IMG/VR virus record: IMGVR_UViG_3300010286_000010
Coordinates: 1-27,495 of that record
Source: a virus
Taxonomy: Duplodnaviria > Caudoviricetes
Length of the DNA: 27,495 bases
Direction: 5' to 3' (one strand)
Below are positions 1 to 7,495 of the stretch, piece after piece. A program made the translations under genes and the position numbers. The notes below the pieces were generated by a model, which ran no database searches, was not told the DNA's origin, and saw only the letters and a program-made list of their open reading frames with translations. The stretch's first letter is position 1, and every line of letters begins with the position of its first letter.

Positions 1-1140
1 ATCGGCGCTGTTAAGATTCCGGATGTATGTTTCCAGGTTGGCGATACTCTTCCTCATCCTGAGACTGGTATCGTTGAAGATGGCAATCCTGTAGCTACTG
101 AAGAAGTTGTTCAGGATGCTTGGTACAATGTTGAGCTGAGATTCAACCCTGGCTATGGTGAGATTAAGAGACAGTTGATGAGATCTGTTAAGCTCACTGT
201 TAAGAGAAGAAGCGGCTCTGAAGGTAACTACACATATCAGAACGTAGTTATCGATGATATCATTTCCGGTTCAATGGTGAAGGATAGATTTGTTATTCAG
301 TCAATGAAAGGCCAGATTGAAGCTGTTAGATTAATGGCTAAGCTGGACGCTTCCAACAGAACAATTGATACCTGCACTGTTAAGTGGGATGAGATTACCG
401 ATATCGTTGAAATCGGTACTGACGAAGGTATCAATACAACAATTAGTCCTGAAGAGGTAAAAGATATTTCCGCTCTTTACAATATCAATCAGTTAACCAA
501 GGTTATGTCCTTGATGAAGACTGTATTGGCAAATCGTAAAGACGATTATATTAAGGAAGAGCTTGACCTGTCCTATAAGAGACTTGATGCTCGTTCCAAG
601 TTCCATGGTGTATTCGACTATGCACCTCGTGAGGGCTATGCTCTCGACCACATTGAGTGGAGACGTAAGACATTCTTTGAGTACTTCGACAGCCAGGTAA
701 CAAAGATGCTGCAGGTGCTCAATGATCCTAATATGTCAGTTTCCGTATTCGGAGATCCTGATCTGGTAAGACGTATTACTCCTACTGAGTATACATATCA
801 GACACCTCCGAGCATTGGTCCGGTAGAACTGGATTTCACAAAGACTGTTGTAACCTCTGACCGCAGAGTATATCAGTTCATAGGTTCCGATAAGCTTCGT
901 AACAACAACCAGTTCATCGTAATTCTCTGCCCGAGAAATACAAACCGTATCATATACATCATTTACGATTATCAGATGTATATCTCCAATGAGATTCGTC
1001 AGAATAGCAATCCTGCACTTCCTAACATTTGCGCATTCGAGCGCTGGAAGTTCTCAAGCTATCAGCCTGTTCAGGGACGTATCGACATTGCTAATCCTAC
1101 AGGCCTTCGTCCTGGCGAGACTGCAACAAAGCCTTTCTAA
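1..1140 (+). CDS. Probable major capsid protein, 3' part (5'-truncated by window edge)
   Basis: Frame is open from base 1 (IGAVKIPDVCFQ...) through the listed ORF to TAA at 1138-1140. Higher GC and C-ending codon bias like the sheath/tube genes (high expression); strong terminator follows. C-terminus (PNICAFERWKF...PVQGRIDIAN) resembles jumbo-phage capsid C-termini. Product is inference. Confidence 0.55.
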   Translation: MGAVKIPDVCFQVGDTLPHPETGIVEDGNPVATEEVVQDAWYNVELRFNPGYGEIKRQLMRSVKLTVKRRSGSEGNYTYQNVVIDDIISGSMVKDRFVIQSMKGQIEAVRLMAKLDASNRTIDTCTVKWDEITDIVEIGTDEGINTTISPEEVKDISALYNINQLTKVMSLMKTVLANRKDDYIKEELDLSYKRLDARSKFHGVFDYAPREGYALDHIEWRRKTFFEYFDSQVTKMLQVLNDPNMSVSVFGDPDLVRRITPTEYTYQTPPSIGPVELDFTKTVVTSDRRVYQFIGSDKLRNNNQFIVILCPRNTNRIIYIIYDYQMYISNEIRQNSNPALPNICAFERWKFSSYQPVQGRIDIANPTGLRPGETATKPF

Positions 1141-1164
1141 TACAGTTCTTGAAAAAATAACCAT

Positions 1165-1200
1165 CTCCCAGAGCTTACAAAAGCTCTGGGAGGTTTATTT
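1165..1200 (+). terminator. Intrinsic terminator
   Basis: Perfect 12-bp stem CTCCCAGAGCTT / AAGCTCTGGGAG, loop ACAA, then GTTTATTT. Confidence 0.85.
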
Positions 1201-1205
1201 CGGTT

Positions 1206-1217
1206 AACATAAATATA
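1206..1217 (+). promoter_or_regulatory. Phage late-promoter motif AACA-N6-TA
   Basis: AACA TAAATA TA, 29 nt before ATG 1246. Confidence 0.7.
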
Positions 1218-1245
1218 ATAATTCAGTAAAAAGGAGCGGGTAAAA

Positions 1246-2412
1246 ATGATAGATAAGAATAGATACAACTATGATTTTTCAGGTCTCGAAAGGGCTATGT
1301 CTCATTTAAGACATGATCAAAGTCAAACTACTCTTAATGAAATACGTGATGAATTAAATAAATTTTTTAAAGATTCTAAATGTGTAGATGTTATTTACAC
1401 AAAAAACACAGACAAAATGTTCTTTGGTATGTGTACTATGGCTATTATTGATGCTGGTAAAGATGTTAGTAAAATTCTTATTGATGATAAGCCGTTTAGA
1501 ATCGAAAAATATTACCTTGAAATAGATTCAAAGCTGATTGATTATATCAATCTTTCCAAGGAAGAATTGACTGCAATTGTATTACATGAAGTCGGCCATC
1601 TTGTAAATGATTCTTCTCCTGTAGAAGAAGTTAGACATGCAATTGATAATTATATGGCTTCTAAAGGAGATATTTTATCTATTAAAGATTCTATTCACTT
1701 TAAGGAAGTTTTGGCATATGCCATTAAAGATACATTAAGAAAATTTACATCAATATTTACAAGAAAGAATGACGAAATCCTTGCTGATGAATTTGTCTTC
1801 ATGTGTGGTTATGGTGAAGCACTTGAATCGGCATTTAGGAAAATTACGGCTTCTGCAAAGACTATCAATAGTGATGTATCAAATAAATTGATAGTATTAA
1901 TATGGACTTTGCATATATACAAGAATATGAAATTTGAAAGAATAAGAGCCATTGCAGCTTTAAACAAAGCTAAAAGATTTACTGCGTCTAAACTTGAAAA
2001 GAGGGAGATTGAAACTATTATTCGTTCTCTTAACAAGATTGACGATATAGCTTTACAAGAAGCTTCAATGATATATGAAGATGCTTCTAAAAACAATAGT
2101 CTTATTCAACGTATTCGTCGTAATGGTTTAAGAAGCATAGAAGATGACGTATTTGAATATGAAATGCGTATTCGTAACGTCGAAGAAGAAGATGATGCTT
2201 TACTAATCATGAGACAGGTTAATATGCGCATGAGTGTACTCGACGATTATTTACAGAATGCTGATATTGACGACAAAGAAAGAGCAAGATGGCAGAAGCT
2301 ATATGACAGATATGATCAGCTTAGAGAGGAATTAGCTAAGAAAACTGTATACTTTCGTAAGAATTATGGCTTATGGTTAGACTATAATTATGCAGGTGGA
2401 ATGTATAGATAA
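1246..2412 (+). CDS. Zinc metallopeptidase-like protein (HEXXH, gluzincin/M48-like)
   Basis: AIVLHEVGH followed by EILADEF (ExxAD); SD AAGGAG; coiled-coil-like C-terminus. Confidence 0.65.
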   Translation: MIDKNRYNYDFSGLERAMSHLRHDQSQTTLNEIRDELNKFFKDSKCVDVIYTKNTDKMFFGMCTMAIIDAGKDVSKILIDDKPFRIEKYYLEIDSKLIDYINLSKEELTAIVLHEVGHLVNDSSPVEEVRHAIDNYMASKGDILSIKDSIHFKEVLAYAIKDTLRKFTSIFTRKNDEILADEFVFMCGYGEALESAFRKITASAKTINSDVSNKLIVLIWTLHIYKNMKFERIRAIAALNKAKRFTASKLEKREIETIIRSLNKIDDIALQEASMIYEDASKNNSLIQRIRRNGLRSIEDDVFEYEMRIRNVEEEDDALLIMRQVNMRMSVLDDYLQNADIDDKERARWQKLYDRYDQLREELAKKTVYFRKNYGLWLDYNYAGGMYR

Positions 2413-2461
2413 TTACTACTTATTATTTATATTCTAATCTATAAAGAAAGGGGAACCTTTT

Positions 2462-3217
2462 ATGGTTGACGATATAACCAACCCTGTAGAACAAGTATCA
2501 AAATTATCTGAGGCTATATCTAAATATGGCCCAGTAGTTGTGATACTAGCTGTATTTCTTTTAATATTTATCGGTGTAGTAATTTGGCTTATAAAAAGTA
2601 ATCAAAAATACATAAATCAGATGGCTGAGCAAAACAATATGATGTTTCAGAAATTATTTTCAAATATAGAAGCCAAAAATTATGATGAAGAAGACATTAT
2701 TGAGATATTTACCAAACTCAATGAAGTCTTTAAAGAAGAATGTAAAAAGATAAATGAGAAAACAGGTTCTTCTAGATCTGCTATATATGTTTTCCATAAT
2801 GGTAGCATATCTTCTCATGGATTGCCATTCTTCAAGATGACATGTGTAAGTGAATGGATAGCCAGAGGTTCAGGATTTCAAGAACAGTTATCAAAGCACA
2901 CTAACTTAAATTTAGCTTTATTTAGTTCTTTGGTAGAGGAGCTGTATAATAATGGAGATTATGTAATATTACGTTCTCCTTGCGAGGAAATGGAGCCATA
3001 TACTTACGCATTTATGTCTGAAAAGGCCAAAACTTCAATATTTACTTGCGTATATGACAGTAATAATAGAATCATGGCATTCATCAATTCAGAGTTCAAA
3101 GAACAATTGGATGAACAAACAATTGATAATGTGAAGACCATTATGAAAAATTCATGTGCAAAAGTTCAACCTGTGTTGGAATTCTCATCATACAAAGATA
3201 AAAAATATGATAAATAA
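2462..3217 (+). CDS. Single-pass membrane protein with GAF-like C-terminal domain (possible T4 gpT-type holin)
   Basis: One N-terminal TM segment (GPVVVILAVFLLIFIGVVIWLI); soluble domain with SRSAIYVFHNG...GLPFFKMTCVSE...IMAFINSEF pattern suggestive of a GAF fold. Confidence 0.45.
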   Translation: MVDDITNPVEQVSKLSEAISKYGPVVVILAVFLLIFIGVVIWLIKSNQKYINQMAEQNNMMFQKLFSNIEAKNYDEEDIIEIFTKLNEVFKEECKKINEKTGSSRSAIYVFHNGSISSHGLPFFKMTCVSEWIARGSGFQEQLSKHTNLNLALFSSLVEELYNNGDYVILRSPCEEMEPYTYAFMSEKAKTSIFTCVYDSNNRIMAFINSEFKEQLDEQTIDNVKTIMKNSCAKVQPVLEFSSYKDKKYDK

Positions 3218-3221
3218 AATT

Positions 3222-3256
3222 GGGAAGTGGAATAATTCCACTTCCCTTTATTTTTT
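3222..3256 (+). terminator. Intrinsic terminator
   Basis: 11-bp stem GGGAAGTGGAA / TTCCACTTCCC then T-rich tract. Confidence 0.85.
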
Positions 3257-3267
3257 ATTAATAGTAA

Positions 3268-3279
3268 AACATGCATGTA
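3268..3279 (+). promoter_or_regulatory. Phage late-promoter motif AACA-N6-TA
   Basis: AACA TGCATG TA, 23 nt before ATG 3302. Confidence 0.7.
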
Positions 3280-3301
3280 ATATAAAAATAGGAGGTATAT
3301 A

Positions 3302-3799
3302 ATGAAAGAATTAGTAGATGTCAAAAGAGAAGAATATAGACAATATATTGACAATCATATGGCAAATGTATGGAATTCTTTTATAAATAATAAATATCTA
3401 TTTATTGATACTTTTGGGTTGATAACTTGCGCTAAGGCTCAATCTAATATCATTAATCATGATAAAAGTAAGTTAGAACCAGAAGAATTTGAACCATATA
3501 GAAAAAACTTCTATCCTGTATCCGATGAAGAAAAAGAAAATAATAAGGGGTCGTTCCAAATGGCTGTACAACATCATTATGAACATAATCCACATCATTG
3601 GAATCATTGGGTCGATTCAGAAGGAAATGTAGAAGAAATGGATGATATACATATTATTGAAATGATTTGTGATTGGATGGCGATGGGTATACAATATGGA
3701 AATACTGCTAAGCAGTATTATGAAAAAGAGAAGCATAATATTAAACTTGGACCTTATACTAGAGCTAAAGTAGAATTATTTTTATCTAAGATCAATTAA
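3302..3799 (+). CDS. DUF5662-like HD-superfamily phosphohydrolase
   Basis: H...HDKSK...HHYEHNPHHW...EMICDWMAM motifs; SD AGGAGG. Confidence 0.75.
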   Translation: MKELVDVKREEYRQYIDNHMANVWNSFINNKYLFIDTFGLITCAKAQSNIINHDKSKLEPEEFEPYRKNFYPVSDEEKENNKGSFQMAVQHHYEHNPHHWNHWVDSEGNVEEMDDIHIIEMICDWMAMGIQYGNTAKQYYEKEKHNIKLGPYTRAKVELFLSKIN

Positions 3800-3806
3800 T
3801 AAAATG

Positions 3807-3831
3807 GCCGTGACAGATAGTCTGTCACGGC
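3807..3831. terminator. Hairpin between convergent genes (likely bidirectional terminator)
   Basis: 11-bp stem GCCGTGACAGA / TCTGTCACGGC overlapping the stop codon of 3825..4100. Confidence 0.75.
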
Positions 3832-4100
3832 GTATAATTTTTGTCAAATATGTATTCATTTAATATCTCATGTACTGTTTCAATCCAATTGCTATCATAT
3901 GTATATTCTTGTCTTGTCATATTTTTATGATTGGTTTTAATAATCTTATCTTCTAATAATTCTACTACTAATTCAGTTTCTGAGTTTTCTCTACTATAAC
4001 AAAGGGTAACTATAGATTTTTCTTCCGAGATGTCTACGTGGGCAGGTACTAGAGTCTTTTTAAATTCTTCAATAGCATTAACTCTACTGCTTAAATCCAT
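3825..4100 (-). CDS. Hypothetical protein (91 aa)
   Basis: Perfect SD (AAGGAGGT on minus strand), own AACA-N6-TA motif and a terminator. Confidence 0.8.
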   Translation of the reverse strand: MDLSSRVNAIEEFKKTLVPAHVDISEEKSIVTLCYSRENSETELVVELLEDKIIKTNHKNMTRQEYTYDSNWIETVHEILNEYIFDKNYTP

Positions 4101-4120
4101 CTTTATACCTCCTTATAAAT

Positions 4121-4132
4121 TATAAAAATGTT
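4121..4132 (-). promoter_or_regulatory. Phage late-promoter motif AACA-N6-TA
   Basis: Minus strand AACA TTTTTA TA, 21 nt before ATG at 4100. Confidence 0.65.
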
Positions 4133-4157
4133 TTTAATTTATTAACTTTTTATTTTT

Positions 4158-4169
4158 AACTTTATAGTA
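4158..4169 (+). promoter_or_regulatory. Variant late-promoter motif AACT-N6-TA
   Basis: AACT TTATAG TA, 23 nt before ATG 4192; one mismatch to consensus. Confidence 0.45.
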
Positions 4170-4191
4170 ATAAATTAAGGAGGTTAAGAAT

Positions 4192-4593
4192 ATGGATTTT
4201 TTATTTGATCTTTTAAACAATTATGATGTTGATATTACTGGCATGATAGATATTAAAGTTGTAATATTGCTAATGGCAATAGGGTTCATATTTAAACATC
4301 TTACTATATTTAAGAAAATTTCAAACGATTATATTCCTCTTATTCTTATAGTAATTTCTTTAATAATCAACTTTTTGAATATTGAAGAAGTTACTATTAA
4401 TGGGTTCACAAATGCTTTTGTTACTTCTATACTTTCTGCTGCCGTGGCTATTGGTATGCATCAACAGGGTAAAGGATTCTTTAAATCTCTAAAAGATGCA
4501 ACCAATTCAGCATTTAATACATTTAAAGAAGAATTAACTAATAATGATGATGAATATGAGGAAGAAACTTACGAAGATGAAATTGACGAATAG
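4192..4593 (+). CDS. Phage holin (Phage_holin_5_2-like) with acidic C-terminal tail
   Basis: Three hydrophobic segments; IGFIFKH...DYIPLILIVIS...ILSAAVAIGMHQ pattern typical of Firmicute phage holins; SD AAGGAGG. Confidence 0.75.
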   Translation: MDFLFDLLNNYDVDITGMIDIKVVILLMAIGFIFKHLTIFKKISNDYIPLILIVISLIINFLNIEEVTINGFTNAFVTSILSAAVAIGMHQQGKGFFKSLKDATNSAFNTFKEELTNNDDEYEEETYEDEIDE

Positions 4594-4613
4594 TAAATTT
4601 TTATAAAATACAT

Positions 4614-4625
4614 AACAAAAATGTA
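4614..4625 (+). promoter_or_regulatory. Phage late-promoter motif AACA-N6-TA with no downstream CDS
   Basis: AACA AAAATG TA. Confidence 0.5.
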
Positions 4626-4730
4626 AATGCTTGAAGCATAAAGCATTTCCCTATAATGATATATATTATTCGCTTACGATGTACGGAATATTTAGGCGTA
4701 GTGGTTGATGTCCACTACGCCTAAATTCTG
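4625..4730 (+). ncRNA. Candidate small RNA (~105 nt)
   Basis: Starts at predicted +1 with an 8-bp hairpin (AAATGCTT / AAGCATTT), ends in a 15-bp hairpin, no SD-led ORF inside. Confidence 0.35.
4690..4726. terminator. Strong hairpin between convergent units (bidirectional terminator)
   Basis: Perfect 15-bp stem ATTTAGGCGTAGTGG / CCACTACGCCTAAAT, 7-nt loop. Confidence 0.8.
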
Positions 4731-4731
4731 T

Positions 4732-5313
4732 CTATAATAGATCTTCAGCAACTACATAACCTATTACAAATTGTAATCCTTTTTCTACTTTATCCCTGGA
4801 ATCTACAATTCGATATCTTCCATTGATTAATTTTGCGTCATATAAATAATATACTCCACTAAGAATAGCTTTAGGAGTATTTATAGTAGCACTTGCAAAT
4901 GTTTTTACCTGATTGAGATCATATTTCTTTCCAGGATATAATACAGTATTATTACTTGATATTTTGACAGGTGCTGTAGATACATGGATAGCAACTCCAG
5001 CTTCATTAAATACTTTATATCCTGGATATTTATTGCACTCCTTAATAGCTTCATTTATATCAGTATATGAACCTTTTTGGGTGGCAATATTTTCCCAACT
5101 TGTTCTTATCTGATATATTGGACCATCATCATCAGATTTAGAATATACTATCTCTTCTGCTATTTTGGTTTCATCGATTAAACTATCATCTATCTCAGTC
5201 TTATTATTTACATTAGTATCAATAGTGTCAACTACTTCATTATTAGTGGTTTCATCTACATTGATTACTTCTGCTGTATTTATGGTCGATTTATTATATT
5301 TCTTTTTAGCCAT
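4732..5313 (-). CDS. Protein with endolysin-type cell-wall-binding modules but no recognisable catalytic domain
   Basis: YQIRTSWENIATQKGSY...AIKECNKYPGYKVFNEAG resembles the repeat of clostridial amidases/endolysins; C-terminal SH3b-like module (SGVYYLYD...NGRYRI...IGYV); acidic low-complexity N-terminus; SD AAGGAGG. Confidence 0.6.
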   Translation of the reverse strand: MAKKKYNKSTINTAEVINVDETTNNEVVDTIDTNVNNKTEIDDSLIDETKIAEEIVYSKSDDDGPIYQIRTSWENIATQKGSYTDINEAIKECNKYPGYKVFNEAGVAIHVSTAPVKISSNNTVLYPGKKYDLNQVKTFASATINTPKAILSGVYYLYDAKLINGRYRIVDSRDKVEKGLQFVIGYVVAEDLL

Positions 5314-5353
5314 TGTTATAGTTACCTCCTTAAATTAAAATATAAATGCTATT

Positions 5354-5365
5354 TATTGTTATGTT
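5354..5365 (-). promoter_or_regulatory. Phage late-promoter motif AACA-N6-TA
   Basis: Minus strand AACA TAACAA TA, 41 nt before ATG at 5313. Confidence 0.6.
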
Positions 5366-5399
5366 TGATATTTTAAGTCATGATATAAGTTTAATAAAT

Positions 5400-5419
5400 T
5401 ATATATTATAAATATGAAA
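5400..5419 (+). promoter_or_regulatory. Candidate early (virion RNAP) promoter motif
   Basis: TATATATTATAAATATGAAA; 18/20 identical to 10683-10702; heads the Tad2-like to DHFR gene block. Confidence 0.55.
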
Positions 5420-5439
5420 TAATATTTTACTATAACTAC

Positions 5440-5451
5440 AACATTTAGGTA
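5440..5451 (+). promoter_or_regulatory. Phage late-promoter motif AACA-N6-TA
   Basis: AACA TTTAGG TA, 30 nt before ATG 5481. Confidence 0.55.
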
Positions 5452-5480
5452 CAGATAAATATTATAAAGAGGTGTTTATT

Positions 5481-5744
5481 ATGACATTCAAAGAAGCTTT
5501 TGAATTGATGAAACAAGGAAAAAAGATAAAAATGCCCGAATGGAAAGGATATTGGGCGTGGGAAGATAGTTCTATAAAAATACATTGTAGTGATGGAATA
5601 GTATTAGATATAAGAGAAACTGAAGATGTTGAGTTTACCTTGGGGTTTATTATGCGTGATGATTGGATTATTGCTGATGAAACGAATAGTAAACTACTTC
5701 AAGGTGAAGTAGTTTGTACTTCTAGTCTTTTTGGGCCACAATAA
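5481..5744 (+). CDS. DUF2829 / Tad2-like protein (putative cyclic-nucleotide sponge, anti-defence)
   Basis: MTFKEAFELMKQGKKIKMPEWKG...DDWII signature; ATG 5481 chosen from SD GAGGTG spacing. Confidence 0.65.
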   Translation: MTFKEAFELMKQGKKIKMPEWKGYWAWEDSSIKIHCSDGIVLDIRETEDVEFTLGFIMRDDWIIADETNSKLLQGEVVCTSSLFGPQ

Positions 5745-5956
5745 CAGTTGTGGAACTATAAAATATCTCGTAAACGCTGATCAAAAGATGAATATATTTA
5801 CAGCGATCCTGATGATAAAAGAGCAAGATTTTTTATATCTAAATATACTCCATATGTAGATAAATATGTACTATATATTGGAATATTACAGTAAATGACC
5901 TTATTAATATTAGAAAATACTAATAATTAAATATATATTTAAGGAGGATTTTAATC

Positions 5957-6763
5957 ATGGCATTAGGTAATTTAAATCAAAATTACAACAACAGTACAGA
6001 AGATAATAATAAGAAAAACTATGATCCGACTGTATATAGCCCTATACAGTTTAAAAATCCTAATGGAATTGATCCAAGTATGTTATCATTCTCATTTTGG
6101 AGAAATATGTTAAAAATTTCAATTTCTCCAAAGATGGAACCAAAACCAGGTGATAAATATGATGTATATGATCATAAGAATAATATTTCTATTCATATAA
6201 ATCATATGAAAGCGAGAATTCTTTATGATGAAATTAAAGAATTTCTCAAAGACCCTAATAAGCTTAACAATGTTGGCGTACCAAGTGGTGTTTCCGGCCT
6301 TATAACAATATCAAATGGTAAGGAATTCGGAATCAATTCTCCAGTTCTTGTTATAAGAAAATTAGACGAGAACGGAAACGTTACAAGCAGCTATGCTTAC
6401 CAATTTAATAACAATGACTACTACTTTGGTATCAGGAACTTTAACGAGAAAACTCTTAAATATGATACCATTGATTATCCTAATCTCGAACTTTTGACAT
6501 TTATGGATATCTTGAAGAGTTATTATGAATCATCAAGCTATGCTTTTGCATATAGTGTAGTAGATTCATTAAAGTTTGACAATTCAAGAATAAATACAAA
6601 GTTAGATTTATTGCTGGATAATGCCGGTATTAAGAGACAAGGAAACTCCAACGGCAAATCATTTTTCCAGAGATCATCTGAATTAGATTCTGATAGTGTT
6701 CCTACTAGCAGATCCACATCATTAGATGATCTTGCATCAGAGTTGGATTATATGGATGAATAG
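5957..6763 (+). CDS. Hypothetical protein, possible ssDNA-binding protein
   Basis: Aromatic beta-rich core and acidic amphipathic tail (LDDLASELDYMDE) like phage SSBs; SD AAGGAGG. The ORF is secure, the function is inference. Confidence 0.45.
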   Translation: MALGNLNQNYNNSTEDNNKKNYDPTVYSPIQFKNPNGIDPSMLSFSFWRNMLKISISPKMEPKPGDKYDVYDHKNNISIHINHMKARILYDEIKEFLKDPNKLNNVGVPSGVSGLITISNGKEFGINSPVLVIRKLDENGNVTSSYAYQFNNNDYYFGIRNFNEKTLKYDTIDYPNLELLTFMDILKSYYESSSYAFAYSVVDSLKFDNSRINTKLDLLLDNAGIKRQGNSNGKSFFQRSSELDSDSVPTSRSTSLDDLASELDYMDE

Positions 6764-6785
6764 CCAAATGTAAGGAGGCGTTATT

Positions 6786-7493
6786 ATGGCAGTTTATGGC
6801 AATAACATCCTTGTTACATTTGATATGCTTATTGATACTGATATCGGACTCATTGATATTATAAAAAATAAATACAATGATCCGACTGTATTCAATAATA
6901 ATATTCTTAATCTCAATGATAAATATCTGAAGGGGTTGCTCAGGGAAAGCAACTCTAGCAACCCTATAGATATTATATTATTAGAGGATAATCATAAACA
7001 AGCAGAAGTATTCTATAAAGAACTTATGGAGATTGAATATAAAGAGATCATAAAACGATCTCCAACAACAACAATTGTTGACGTTGTTAAAAGATTTATA
7101 TTTACCGATGGTCTTATAAAAGTAACAATCCTTTGCAACTCTGATATTGAAGAGAATAAAATCAGAGAAATTCTGCAAGAAGATTGTTCTGATGATTCGT
7201 ATAGAATAGAGGTATGTAAAGATTGGTCACAATTGGATACATCGATTTATGATACTATATTCTTTAAATACCTTGAAGATTTGTTAAAGTTCAATAAAGT
7301 TGTTGGTAAGAACTTAATGGTTTGCGATTATAAATGTAATCTCGATGATGACTTTTATAGGTTAAAACAAAAGATTCCGAGACATGAAATTGCAACCAAA
7401 TTTGAACAGGATAATGAATTTTATACTGTTACATTATATTATTATGACGAATCCTATTATATGGACATGAATATAGATGAAAGGGAGGAATAA
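6786..7493 (+). CDS. Hypothetical protein, degenerate HAD-like fold
   Basis: N-terminal ILVTFDMLIDTDIG resembles HAD motif I without the first Asp; SD AAGGAGG. Confidence 0.5.
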   Translation: MAVYGNNILVTFDMLIDTDIGLIDIIKNKYNDPTVFNNNILNLNDKYLKGLLRESNSSNPIDIILLEDNHKQAEVFYKELMEIEYKEIIKRSPTTTIVDVVKRFIFTDGLIKVTILCNSDIEENKIREILQEDCSDDSYRIEVCKDWSQLDTSIYDTIFFKYLEDLLKFNKVVGKNLMVCDYKCNLDDDFYRLKQKIPRHEIATKFEQDNEFYTVTLYYYDESYYMDMNIDEREE

Positions 7494-7495
7494 CT

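Noticed and set aside
1-1140. Higher-GC blocks (also 23162-25939) as horizontally acquired islands
   Set aside because: They coincide exactly with abundant structural genes; better explained by translational codon bias
4690-4726. GC-rich structured segment as tRNA or CRISPR repeat
   Set aside because: Single perfect hairpin, no cloverleaf/T-loop, not repeated; fits a terminator
5745-5956. Small ORF (5788, MNIFTAILM...) or frameshifted continuation of the DUF2829 gene
   Set aside because: No SD, only ~23 codons, and no second DUF2829 signature recognisable in any frame by eye
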